64,000 nucleotides of DNA from a bacterium (GTDB lineage: Bacteria; SAR324; NAC60-12), in contig CBDBHR010000028.1 of NCBI GenBank assembly GCA_965205865.1, positions 256,001 to 320,000 on the forward strand. Direction: 5' to 3'. The notes under the pieces were generated by a model. The model saw only the letters and a list, made by a program, of their open reading frames with translations. It was not told the origin of the DNA and ran no database searches. Positions 40,219-49,984 of this stretch are shown piece by piece (the first letter of the stretch is position 1; the number at the start of each line of letters is the position of its first letter). A program made the position numbers and the translations under genes.

Positions 40219-40331
40219 ATGCGTCTCGATGGCTGTATATGTGAATTTTTGCTCTCCTTCCTTCAACGAGCATTTTCCTGCCATTGTGATTCCTCGTTGG
40301 ATATCTTGAAGAAAGTCGGGAAAAAGAAATT

Positions 40332-41672
40332 TCATTGCGCTTTCGCTTGGATGAGTTGGAAGCATTTTGCTGTCGCACCGCCTTGGGACTCAATAGTATG
40401 CGCAGCTTCTTTTCCCAGTTCATCACAGTATTCACGGTGCTGCAGTAAATGGAACAAGATTTCATGGAATTCTTCCTTGTGCTTTATTGAGAATGCCAGA
40501 TTTTTCTTTAAAAGATCAACTGCTTCCGGAGAGTTGTCATAAAGGGGGCCAAAGATGACTGGCAAACCCATCACGCACGGTTCCATCACGTTGTGCACTC
40601 CGGTGGTGAACGCGCCCCCTACATAAGCCAGATTCCCGATACGATACAGAGATGACAGCACGCCAAGCCTGTCTACCAGGATGATACGCGGCACTTCTCG
40701 TGGATTGTCATCCAGCCGACTGAACCGTTCTATTTTGAAATGCCGGAAAAATGTTTCCGTATGACCCAGATGTTCTTCGGTGGGTTCGTGAGGAACAATG
40801 ATCAGCAGTAAATCCGCAAATTTCCGCAACGCTTCCGCAAGCGCGGGGAAGATGCGCTTTTCCCCTGCAGGCCAACTACTTCCAGCAATAAAGACAAATT
40901 TGTCTTCAACATAACAAGGCAATTGAGTGAGCGGAAGCCGGTGTTTTCGTGCCAGTACGCTGTCAAAGCGGGTATCGCCCATTGTTTGAATATTGGGATG
41001 ATGCGGATCACAATTACGGAATCGTCGCGCATCTTCTTCCGAGACTGTAAAAATACCATCCAGACAAGTATAAACCATACCGTAAAACAATCGACCTATG
41101 GCAGACGTCACACGCAAAGAACGGGGCTGCAGGGTTGCCGAGATAAGGAATTGAGGCACTCCGGCAGCATGCGCGTGCCAGATTAAGTTTGGCCAAAGAT
41201 CGTACTTGACATAGACCAGCGCGGAAGGCTGCAAAATGGCCAACAAACGTCTCACGTTTCTTGGAAAGTCAAAAGGGAGATACTCCACGACAACCGGCTG
41301 GCATTGGACTGCGGAATCGGATCCGCTCGATTGAGCGCGTTTGGCCCATTGGTATCCTGAAACAGAACTGAATGTAACGGCACAATCAAAGCCTTCCCGC
41401 AGACATTGTTCCATCACCGGTTCCCCCTGCAAATATTCCCCTACGCTGACGACATGGAACCAGATTAGTGGTTTCCGCAGATTGCGATGCGCGATTTGTT
41501 CATCCAATCGCTTCCAGATTCCTTTTTTACCGGCAAGACTTTCTTTGATTTTTTGATCCTTGAAGGCGACAAAGCGCATGGCTGCCAAAAGTAGAGGGAG
41601 AATGAACCAGGTATAGCAGAAATTCCAAATTTGTCGTTCCATGGACGGGACGCTTTCAGGAATTTTCATCAA
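40332..41672 (-). CDS. waaA: Kdo transferase (3-deoxy-D-manno-octulosonic acid transferase)
   Basis: WFHVVSVGE, YLPFD, GDTRFD, AYVGGAF..GVHNVMEP. Confidence 0.88.
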   Translation of the reverse strand: MMKIPESVPSMERQIWNFCYTWFILPLLLAAMRFVAFKDQKIKESLAGKKGIWKRLDEQIAHRNLRKPLIWFHVVSVGEYLQGEPVMEQCLREGFDCAVTFSSVSGYQWAKRAQSSGSDSAVQCQPVVVEYLPFDFPRNVRRLLAILQPSALVYVKYDLWPNLIWHAHAAGVPQFLISATLQPRSLRVTSAIGRLFYGMVYTCLDGIFTVSEEDARRFRNCDPHHPNIQTMGDTRFDSVLARKHRLPLTQLPCYVEDKFVFIAGSSWPAGEKRIFPALAEALRKFADLLLIIVPHEPTEEHLGHTETFFRHFKIERFSRLDDNPREVPRIILVDRLGVLSSLYRIGNLAYVGGAFTTGVHNVMEPCVMGLPVIFGPLYDNSPEAVDLLKKNLAFSIKHKEEFHEILFHLLQHREYCDELGKEAAHTIESQGGATAKCFQLIQAKAQ

Positions 41673-41955
41673 ATGCGCTGGGAAGGATATTGAAGGGAAG
41701 GACTTTGATTAAAACCGCCAGTACTATCGCCCCTGCAGGAAAGGCAAAGATAGCCAGTGCGGGAATCGTTTTGGCGACGTCCAATAATTGCGCTTTCACT
41801 TTTCTTTTTTCTTCCTCCGTCAAAGGTTGGCAAGTCGAGTTGGCTAAAAGAGCGGAAAGTTCCCCGGTTTCCCGAATCCATTGATTGCCATTTTGACACC
41901 ATCTTTTGCGATTTGCAATGCGGCATCGATGTATTATTTTGTGGAAAATCTCCAA
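41656..41955 (-). CDS. LETM1-like domain protein, possibly a fragment
   Basis: ETGELSALL...LTEEEKRKVKAQLLDVAKTIPALAIF...LPSAF. Confidence 0.6.
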   Translation of the reverse strand: MEIFHKIIHRCRIANRKRWCQNGNQWIRETGELSALLANSTCQPLTEEEKRKVKAQLLDVAKTIPALAIFAFPAGAIVLAVLIKVLPFNILPSAFDENS

Positions 41956-42003
41956 ATTTCAGCAGCTTTCCCGTGATTTTAGACATTGTTTTTTTTCTCG
42001 AAG

Positions 42004-42396
42004 TTACGAAAAATCATTACCGGAGCTTTCATGAAGCGCCAACAGTTTTTCCGGAGAAGGTAACTCCGGTGGTTTTTCAGTCCGTAGACCCCCTTGAAAA
42101 ACACCACCCCGGGCAACGAACAAACAACCTGGGGGAGTAAAGATTTTCCCCTCGATCTCTCCTTCAGAAAGCACCGCAATGCGTCCATTTGTGATCAAAT
42201 CACCTTCCACCCGTCCATTGACGATGAGATTTTGCGCTCGCACCGTCCCGAAGACCCGGGCAGAATTGCCAATCGTGATGCTGTCTTTGCTGTCTATCAC
42301 ACCCCGGCACGTTCCATCGATACGAATGGATCCCTCACAATCTATTTTGCCTTCGAATTCGACGTCGGGTGCAATATAATTCAAAGGTTCTTTCAT
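42004..42396 (-). CDS. Bactofilin (polymer-forming cytoskeletal protein)
   Basis: FEGKI...IRIDG...G.I...V.G.V.G beta-helix pattern. Confidence 0.88.
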   Translation of the reverse strand: MKEPLNYIAPDVEFEGKIDCEGSIRIDGTCRGVIDSKDSITIGNSARVFGTVRAQNLIVNGRVEGDLITNGRIAVLSEGEIEGKIFTPPGCLFVARGGVFQGGLRTEKPPELPSPEKLLALHESSGNDFS

Positions 42397-42558
42397 GGTT
42401 TTTTTCTCGAAAAATCTTCTATTCTTCTGCATCTTCACATCTTCTCCCTTTTCGAGTAGAATTTTGATCCTGGAGCAGAGGCGCCCATGTTTTCATCACA
42501 GGCCAGACATAACTCCTACATTTTATGGAATGAACCGGCAAGACAAAGGAGAAGGGGA

Positions 42559-43086
42559 ATGCAAGAAAAAGTGGAGATCGTTCAAGGCGATATCACCAAG
42601 TTGAATGTGAACGCCATTGTTAATGCCGCGAATAATTCTCTCATCGGAGGGGGTGGAGTCGATGGCGCTATTCATCGGGCTGCCGGACCGGAATTGCTGA
42701 AGGAATGTCGCCAATTGCACGGTTGTCCCACGGGAGAAGCAAAAATAACCAAAGGCTATGATTTGCCGGCTCGCTATGTCATCCACACCGTCGGACCTAT
42801 TTGGCGAGGAGGGATGGAGGGAGAGCCTTGCAAGCTGGCTTCTTGTTACCGCAATTGTTTTGCCCTGGTTCAACCGTACCATATCAAAACAATTGCCTTC
42901 CCTTCAATCAGTACAGGCGTGTATGGCTATCCGGTAGAACAATCATCGTGCCTTGCTCTGAAAGAGACGCAGCAGTTCTTAAAACAGGAATCACCCCTGC
43001 AAAAAGTGATTTTTGTTTGTTTTCTTCAAGATGTCTATGATTCGTACCTCAAAGCGATGAAATTATTCATCCGGGAAGCATCATAA
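42559..43086 (+). CDS. Macro domain O-acetyl-ADP-ribose deacetylase (YmdB-like)
   Basis: GDIT, NAANNSLIGGGGVDGAIHRAAG, HTVGP, FPSISTGVYGYP. Confidence 0.93.
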   Translation: MQEKVEIVQGDITKLNVNAIVNAANNSLIGGGGVDGAIHRAAGPELLKECRQLHGCPTGEAKITKGYDLPARYVIHTVGPIWRGGMEGEPCKLASCYRNCFALVQPYHIKTIAFPSISTGVYGYPVEQSSCLALKETQQFLKQESPLQKVIFVCFLQDVYDSYLKAMKLFIREAS

Positions 43087-43130
43087 ATTCTTTTTCCAAA
43101 GAGGCTTGGCTGGAAAAATCGATGAGATTT

Positions 43131-43595
43131 CTAATTCCACAAAGAATTGGCAGACAGCGCTTCCTCCATTTGCAAGAGCTTCGCTTCGAATTCATCCAGA
43201 ACCCCTTCTATTTGTTCAGAATATTTTCGTAAATCCTGCAATTGGTTTAATAGGTTATCAACGGTTGTTTCAGAAGACGCATGTGAAGAATACTTTAAAG
43301 AAACCCGATTGAACAAATTCTCGCATTCCACGGTGATATCCGCGAGTTCATCTTTAATGGCAAGCAGAGAAAAGGTATTCAAATGGAGGTGTTCCGGAAA
43401 CCCCTCAGCAGGCAACGGACCATCTTTTTCAAAAGCATGGAGAGGTTTTTGGTGGTCCTGAAGGTAAGTTGAAATTTGCTTCAAGAGTGATTCAAACTTT
43501 GTGACCAACGCATTGTAAGCATTTTTATATGTTTTGATTTCCTCATAGCGAGAGGAAAAGAGGGTTTTGAACATTTTTTGCAAGGGATTGAACAT
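43131..43595 (-). CDS. Hypothetical helical protein
   Basis: 154-aa ORF starting MFNPLQ downstream of tRNA-Thr; no recognised motif. Confidence 0.6.
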   Translation of the reverse strand: MFNPLQKMFKTLFSSRYEEIKTYKNAYNALVTKFESLLKQISTYLQDHQKPLHAFEKDGPLPAEGFPEHLHLNTFSLLAIKDELADITVECENLFNRVSLKYSSHASSETTVDNLLNQLQDLRKYSEQIEGVLDEFEAKLLQMEEALSANSLWN

Positions 43596-43646
43596 AGGCT
43601 CGCGTCTAAAATAAGGTGACGTATCAAAGTAATATTTGAAAGCGAT

Positions 43647-43722
43647 TGGAGCCCACGACGGGACTTGAACCTGCGACCTGCTCATTACGAATGAGCTGCT
43701 CTACCAGCTGAGCTACGTGGGC
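43647..43722 (-). tRNA. tRNA-Thr(CGT)
   Basis: Cloverleaf GCCCACG...GGTTCAAGTCC...CGTGGGCTCCA; anticodon loop TTCGTAA. Confidence 0.96.
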
Positions 43723-43812
43723 GTCCGCAGAAACTCTACGTGCTTTAAAAAAATTAGTCAATTGACACAATGGCAGAATTGTTGATTCATCCTTAAAGGA
43801 AAAGAAATTCAT

Positions 43813-44688
43813 ATGGCAGTATCTATGACAGGGTTTGGGACAGGCAAAGTGAACCGGGAAAACTGGCAGTGCACGACAGAAATTCGAAGTGTCAACAATC
43901 GTTTCTTGGATGTCACCATTCGTCTGCCCAATGGGTTTCAACATTTTTCTTCTCCGCTCAAACTACTCATCCAAAATGTATGTCAACGCGGAAAAGTGGA
44001 TTGCAGCGTTACAATATCAGCCGCAGAGCAAGGTAGTGATTCCCTCTACTTGAATGCGGAACTCGCTGATAATTACGGAACCCTTTTGGAGGAATTCCGC
44101 GCCTTGACCCAGTTACCAGTCTCAGTCAGCTTGTCGGATCTTCTCAAGGTCCAAGACTTGATCCAATGTCTGCAACCGGACCCGGAATCTGATTTTTTTT
44201 CAGCACTGATCCATCAGTCGCTGGAAATTGCCCTGGCCCAATTGAAAAACATGCGGGTCAAAGAGGGCCTTGCGTTGTTGACGGATATTCAGAAACGATT
44301 GTCGACAAGCACGTCGCTATTGAATGAAGTGGACGCCATTGCGCAAGAATTGCCTTCCCAGCATTACCTGCGATTGTGCGAAAAATTGGCCTCCTTGGAT
44401 GGTCATTTGGAAATAAATGAAGATCGAGTCCATCAAGAAATCGCCCTTTTTGTCGAACGTGGAGACATAACTGAAGAAATTATCCGACTTCGTACCCATC
44501 TGGAGCATATGGAAAGTGTGCTTCTGGAAGAAGAGGTGGGTCGACGAGCCGATTTTTTGCTACAGGAATGCAATCGAGAAATCAATACGATTGCCTCAAA
44601 AAGCAACAATGCTCCCATCAGTCAGCTGGTTGTCGAGATCAAAGGACAATTTGAAAAAATACGCGAACAAGTTCAGAATATTGAGTGA
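43813..44688 (+). CDS. YicC/YloC-family endoribonuclease
   Basis: SMTGFG, RSVNNRFLD, DITEEIIRL, QECNREINTIASK, IREQVQNIE. Confidence 0.93.
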   Translation: MAVSMTGFGTGKVNRENWQCTTEIRSVNNRFLDVTIRLPNGFQHFSSPLKLLIQNVCQRGKVDCSVTISAAEQGSDSLYLNAELADNYGTLLEEFRALTQLPVSVSLSDLLKVQDLIQCLQPDPESDFFSALIHQSLEIALAQLKNMRVKEGLALLTDIQKRLSTSTSLLNEVDAIAQELPSQHYLRLCEKLASLDGHLEINEDRVHQEIALFVERGDITEEIIRLRTHLEHMESVLLEEEVGRRADFLLQECNREINTIASKSNNAPISQLVVEIKGQFEKIREQVQNIE

Positions 44689-44735
44689 TCTTCCTCGGGC
44701 GGTCCCGTATTGTCGTCGTATCATTAGGAAAGACC

Positions 44736-45293
44736 ATGAAAATCACACTGGCAGGAGTTCCGGGATCCGGGAAATCCACTCTTCGACGTCAACTAGCCAA
44801 ACGCTTTGATCTCACCATCAAAGGGACTGGTGATTTCATGAGAAGCATTGCACTCGAATATGGATATGACGACATTACAAAATTTTTAGTGGAGTATGTC
44901 TCCCGGCATCCGGAAATGGATCATGAAATCGATGAAGCGCAAAGACGATTTGGCGCAGAGCATCAGAACTTCGTTTTAGATGCTCATTTGGGATTTTTAT
45001 TTGTCCCGGATTCTATAAAAATTTTTCTGAAATGCGATCCACAAATCGCTGCCCAACGTATTTTAAGAGCCAAACGAAAAACAGAAGCTGCTCGAGATAC
45101 GCAGTCGGTCAGGAATGCCAATCAGCAACGAATGCAAACGATGAAAACCAATTTCAAGAAACTGTATGGCGTGGAAATCCATCATCAGGCCAATTTTGAT
45201 TTTGTTCTCGATACCACCAGACTGAGCCCTGCAGAGGTGATGAAACAAGTTGTAGATTATATCGAATCTCGCATGGAGATTCCCGAACGGTAG
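44736..45293 (+). CDS. Cytidylate kinase-like P-loop kinase (archaeal-type Cmk)
   Basis: ITLAGVPGSGKST, IKIFLKC, KLYGVEI...FDFVLDTT. Confidence 0.78.
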   Translation: MKITLAGVPGSGKSTLRRQLAKRFDLTIKGTGDFMRSIALEYGYDDITKFLVEYVSRHPEMDHEIDEAQRRFGAEHQNFVLDAHLGFLFVPDSIKIFLKCDPQIAAQRILRAKRKTEAARDTQSVRNANQQRMQTMKTNFKKLYGVEIHHQANFDFVLDTTRLSPAEVMKQVVDYIESRMEIPER

Positions 45294-45653
45294 CCATGCT
45301 TGCGCTCCTGCTTCCCACTTTGATAAATCGCGCATTTCAACGACATGAATTTAATGCGAGCTTGCGATCACAAAACCCTTCCTGAAAGGCGCCAGGGGCG
45401 AGTCTTAATGAGTGTTCGAGTAAATAAATTCATATTCCGGGACTTGACTTTGGACTCACGTCTGCATTAATTCGTTCCTACATTTTATGTGGCAACGCGA
45501 AAATGGACGTTTTGCGTCCTTTGTGACCGTAAAGCAGACATAGCCGGAAGTTCTCGATTCGTAAGCCCATTTTAGCAAATTTTTGTTTTGATCTCGAACC
45601 GACGTTTAATTAACTTGTATTTTAAAACACAAATGGTAGCATTTCACTCCAGT

Positions 45654-45731
45654 CGGGGTATAGCGCAGCCTGGCTAGCGCACCTGCTTTGGGAGCAGGGG
45701 GTCGCAGGTTCGAGTCCTGCTACCCCGACCA
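45654..45731 (+). tRNA. tRNA-Pro(TGG)
   Basis: CGGGGTA...CCTGC TTTGGGA GCAGG...GGTTCGAGTCC...TACCCCGACCA. Confidence 0.96.
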
Positions 45732-46052
45732 ATAAAATCAATGTCTTTGCCCGATCGGGTAAAATTTCCAAGAGCCTTTAGTGTCAGTTGAGCAAGCGAT
45801 TGACTTCAATGCCAATCACCTAAGAAAGCGATACCTGACCTGATTTCATCGCCAATACAGATGCCTCGACAGGTGAATAGTGAACATAATTGACAACTTC
45901 ACTATTGCCTAGGTGAGCTCCTGCCTCATTTTATGCTAAGAAAAATGCGTGCTTAAATCGAAGAAATCTCTAAAGAAACCTGAATAGTCACGTTTCAGGA
46001 CAACATGTTGACTGGTTTGCCAGGGACTGCGATACCGAATTGCCGCCCGCTG

Positions 46053-47306
46053 TCAGTTGATATAATATCGCAGGATTTTTTCACTTTCCTCCCGTTTGAC
46101 CATCAAGGCAATCTCCCGTTCCGATTGCAATTTTTGCAGAAGCCCCATGGCTTTGGTCACATTGTCAATCATCGTTTCATTGATGGAGAGAATTATATCA
46201 TTCTTCTTCAGCCCCAAGACTTCGTACATGCTGCCTTTTTTAATGAATTTGAATTGAAAGAATGTTTGTTGATCGATGGTGACGGGCACCACTCGGGCAT
46301 CCTGCAGGATTTTAGCAAAATCAGACAGTTGCTCATCCACCCATTCGCGTTGCAAATGAAATGTTTCCTGATCTGCAGATATGGGAGCGCCACTGATTTG
46401 GTTCGACTCGGCAAGAATCACTACTTTTTTGACATCAGATTCCGGCTTCGATTTGGGTTTGGGTTTCAGTTGGGGTTTGGGTTTCGTTTTTAACGGGCTC
46501 GCTCGAGATTCCGTTTTTGCCTGTAACACGGGTTCCGGGATTTGTTTTTTCTCTTCCGCGCGCGTCAACTCAGTAGTCGTGGCTCCCGGCTCCTCCATTA
46601 TCAACCATTCTTCCATACCGTCTTTGAGAAGGGCTACTTTTCGGTTCATCACTTTTATAAGCTTTAAACTATCTGGGGGACAGTCCCGATTCTTTTTCAA
46701 ATCCATCAGTGAAAAACAATCACCTGTTGCCAATATCTTTTCATTTTTTTCATTTTTTTTAGCAATGAAGGAATAGGATGATTGCGGATATTTGGCAACT
46801 ATAGTCCCTCGTAACTCGAGGTCCAGTTGGTTAATTGAACCTTCTGAGATTGGTTCAGGAAAAGGCGCTGGCATGGGAGGTGGGGCCTTCACTATCTCCT
46901 GGGGGGGTGTTTTCTCTTCCTCTTTCTCTTTTGCAGCAATCTTTTCCACCTGGATCACTTTTGCTGATTGAGATTCGCCTTCCCGGATCACTCGCTCTTC
47001 CGGAGGCGGCAAAGGACGGGTTTCAGCGGGTAATTCCCTACGCTTAGCATCAAAAACATTCTGTTCGAGCACCAAAACAAATGCCTCTTTTTCGATTTCC
47101 GGATCCTCGGGGAGTGGTAACTTGGGCAGTACGACAGGTCTCCGTGATTGCGCAGGGTGATTAAGAATCTCCCTGCGAATCAATTGCCCTGCCAGCATAC
47201 CCAAAGCAAACATGGCTCCCAATGCGAGTAGCCAAGTTAAGCATAGGACAAGCAAGGATCCCGAAAATAGACGTTTGGAAATGATGCCGGGGATTGAATG
47301 TTTCAT
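46053..47306 (-). CDS. Type II secretion system GspC-like protein with PDZ domain
   Basis: N-terminal TM, LELRGTI HR-like domain, C-terminal GLKKNDIILSINE PDZ motif. Confidence 0.78.
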   Translation of the reverse strand: MKHSIPGIISKRLFSGSLLVLCLTWLLALGAMFALGMLAGQLIRREILNHPAQSRRPVVLPKLPLPEDPEIEKEAFVLVLEQNVFDAKRRELPAETRPLPPPEERVIREGESQSAKVIQVEKIAAKEKEEEKTPPQEIVKAPPPMPAPFPEPISEGSINQLDLELRGTIVAKYPQSSYSFIAKKNEKNEKILATGDCFSLMDLKKNRDCPPDSLKLIKVMNRKVALLKDGMEEWLIMEEPGATTTELTRAEEKKQIPEPVLQAKTESRASPLKTKPKPQLKPKPKSKPESDVKKVVILAESNQISGAPISADQETFHLQREWVDEQLSDFAKILQDARVVPVTIDQQTFFQFKFIKKGSMYEVLGLKKNDIILSINETMIDNVTKAMGLLQKLQSEREIALMVKREESEKILRYYIN

Positions 47307-47351
47307 TAAGGAACAAACCTTAAATAACCTGTAATTATTCCAATGGTGTGA

Positions 47352-47432
47352 GCAAAATTGGGGGACATGTACACCGCTGCGCATCCCAACTCTACTGTTT
47401 TATGCCTGCTGTTACGTGTCCCCTAATTTTGC
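47352..47432. repeat. 81-bp element with 20-bp imperfect inverted ends
   Basis: GCAAAATTGGGGGACATGTA versus the reverse complement of TACGTGTCCCCTAATTTTGC, 18/20 match. Confidence 0.65.
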
Positions 47433-47526
47433 GTATCCATACTTCTAACTTATTTAAATTTCATTCCTAAAGGACTGGTTTTCCAATGGGGAGTGACCCG
47501 TTGGCAATCAAGGGACGGATTCCGTT

Positions 47527-47718
47527 TTACAGGATACGTTCATAGGATTTTTTGGCGGAATCCGGACTTCTCTCGAATTCGTCAGCCGGGTTTTGTTCCG
47601 GACTAAAGTTCCGTTCCCAGGGCAATTCATGGGTGTAAAGATAAACTATGGCTAATAGCAAAAGAGCAAAAAAGATGAGAATCGCCTTTTTTTCCTTAGG
47701 ATCAAAATTATCCAGCAT
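47527..47718 (-). CDS. Small single-pass membrane protein
   Basis: GGGAG ribosome-binding site, one hydrophobic helix. Confidence 0.55.
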   Translation of the reverse strand: MLDNFDPKEKKAILIFFALLLLAIVYLYTHELPWERNFSPEQNPADEFERSPDSAKKSYERIL

Positions 47719-48046
47719 AAACTCCCTATATTTTCCTGCACCTTCAAAATCTAATGAATAATGCGTCTCTGAAAGACGATCTTCAGTTTAGCAGAGGACT
47801 TACCACATGTCAGTATTTAACCTCCCGCAATCGCATACTCCGCAGTCTTGCCGCTTGTTTTCGGACAGATGTGGATTGGGCTGCCGTTCAATCTCACTTG
47901 TCCGGGGTAATGTAAACTTCGTATTTCTCTGATATACTGTGAAAAACCGGAACTTGGAAACCCGGGCCAAGTATCAAACTTGCGACGCCATGTCAATGTC
48001 GGCAGTTTGAATGCATCCTTCAATCGGATTGATAAGGAGATCTTAT

Positions 48047-49372
48047 ATGGAGCCGATTTTTGTTGTAGATAACGAACCAGCCATTTGCGAAACCGTGAAA
48101 GGGGTTTTGCAGGACGAGGGCTATTCGGCGATTTCTTGCCCGGACGCTGATACTTTGTTCAAAAAAATAGATTCCCAACACCCTTCCCTGGTCTTGCTCG
48201 ATATTTGGTTGCCTGGCACGGACGGGATGGAAATTCTACGCCAATTCAAAACCACTTTTCCTCACATTCCCGTGATCATGATGAGTGGGCATGCCGGGAT
48301 TGACGCAGCAGTCAATGCCATCAAGAGAGGGGCTTTTGATTTCCTGGAAAAACCACTCACCCTGGAAGTGTTGTTGGAGAAAGTCGCAGCGGCACTCACT
48401 ATCCAACCTCAGAAAGAAACCGGCAAACTACCATCCGAGTCACAAACTGCAAGGATGACCGGCCAAGCAATCTATGCAGACGCACTTTCCCTTGTAGAAT
48501 CCAAGCAACCACAGCGTACTTTGAAAAAAAACGTAGTGCTCAATGGTCATGGATTGTTGACTGGTCGCAATACAGGTATCATTGTCAGTCCGCTTGGCGT
48601 CAATGAGGGGATCGTTTTCCAAACCTTGGATGGCTACGCAATCCCGGCCCACATCACGTCCCTGGAAAATTTCTCCCAGATTGATACAACCTCCCGGACC
48701 TTTACCGTTAATTCCACGGTCTTGGCTCGTAACGGACATCGAGTACGAACGGTAGAACATTTGATGGGCGCCTTGTCAATGTTTGGTCTGACTAATGTTC
48801 AAATTAAGACAGATGAGGAAATTCCCAATATAGATAGTTCTGCAGAAGGATTTTGCCAGTTGATCCAAGAAGCTGGAGTTGTTGATCAATCGGCCCATGC
48901 AAAATGCATTGTAGTGCATGAAAAATTGGGGGTCGGCATTGAAAACCTAAAAGAAAAGCACTTGTTTGTGGAACCCTTTGATGGCTTTGAAATCCAAATG
49001 CGCGTCAACTACCCTCCTCCCATTCGTGTGCAATCCTTTACTTTCAATGGCAAGCAGCATTCTTTTGAGGAGGAAATCGCACCCGCCCGCACATTCAACA
49101 CCTTTGAAAACATTGACATGGCTCAAAAAATAGGAAAGATCGGAAGCGGATATTTGAATTCCCACATCATTATGCATGATGGCAAAGTGATCAACACGAA
49201 ACTGCGATATCCCGATGAGTTTGTGCGGCATAAAATTTTGGATTTGATTGGAGACCTCTACCTCATCGGCTTTCCTATCCAAGGTCGTTTTATTGCCAAC
49301 ATGACCTCCCACAGTTACAACCATTCATTGATAAAAAAAATACACGTGGCTCTTATGGGTAACTCTTCATGA
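48047..49372 (+). CDS. lpxC: Response-regulator receiver domain fused to UDP-3-O-acyl-GlcNAc deacetylase
   Basis: REC: VVDNE, LLDIWLP, FLEKP. LpxC: QRTLK, TVEHLMGAL, EIAPARTF, RHKILDLIGDL, SHSYN. Confidence 0.9.
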   Translation: MEPIFVVDNEPAICETVKGVLQDEGYSAISCPDADTLFKKIDSQHPSLVLLDIWLPGTDGMEILRQFKTTFPHIPVIMMSGHAGIDAAVNAIKRGAFDFLEKPLTLEVLLEKVAAALTIQPQKETGKLPSESQTARMTGQAIYADALSLVESKQPQRTLKKNVVLNGHGLLTGRNTGIIVSPLGVNEGIVFQTLDGYAIPAHITSLENFSQIDTTSRTFTVNSTVLARNGHRVRTVEHLMGALSMFGLTNVQIKTDEEIPNIDSSAEGFCQLIQEAGVVDQSAHAKCIVVHEKLGVGIENLKEKHLFVEPFDGFEIQMRVNYPPPIRVQSFTFNGKQHSFEEEIAPARTFNTFENIDMAQKIGKIGSGYLNSHIIMHDGKVINTKLRYPDEFVRHKILDLIGDLYLIGFPIQGRFIANMTSHSYNHSLIKKIHVALMGNSS

Positions 49373-49818
49373 ACTATTCTCGTCATAAATGCCGTGAACA
49401 CGCCTTGCAGTGCCTTTATCAGATTGAAATCCTCGAATCGGCTTCCCCCAAGGGAATTGATTATTTTCTGGAACAGCTCAACGTCATGGAAGAAGCCAGG
49501 CAATTCACGCGCAGCTTGATTGCGGGAACCCTGGAGCATGCGCCACAAATTGATGCGCTCTTAATTGCGATCATGGAAGAATGGCGCCTGGAACGGCTCT
49601 CTATCGTGGTGCGCAATTTATTGCGTCTTTCTGTTTATGAAATGAAATTCTCCCAAGAGACCCCTTATGAAGTTATTATCGACGAAGCAGTAATCATGGC
49701 AAAGGAATTTGTTGATGACGTGGCCCGTAGTTTTGTCAATAAAGTCTTACAAAATATTCACGATGCTTCCTCCTCGTCCCCGGACCTCTTCCCTTTCCCT
49801 GCAATTCCTGAAAGCTAA
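49369..49818 (+). CDS. nusB: Transcription antitermination factor NusB
   Basis: REHALQCLYQ, WRLERL, VIIDEAV, FVNKVL. Confidence 0.92.
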   Translation: MNYSRHKCREHALQCLYQIEILESASPKGIDYFLEQLNVMEEARQFTRSLIAGTLEHAPQIDALLIAIMEEWRLERLSIVVRNLLRLSVYEMKFSQETPYEVIIDEAVIMAKEFVDDVARSFVNKVLQNIHDASSSSPDLFPFPAIPES

Positions 49819-49984
49819 CCCCATGCAGGCTCTCCCAACCATTATCGAGGGCCAATTTGCCGCTCTTGACGCAACTCACATTTATCCTGCAAAGTGGTGT
49901 CATTAAATTATGATTGATATTGAACTTTATTTGCCTGGAATGGTATATTCATAAGACTTTCAATCATCTTCGAGGTGGTGTTCC

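Noticed and set aside
45732-46050. Integrative element at tRNA-Pro
   Set aside because: No integrase and no duplicated tRNA 3' end were found in the window.
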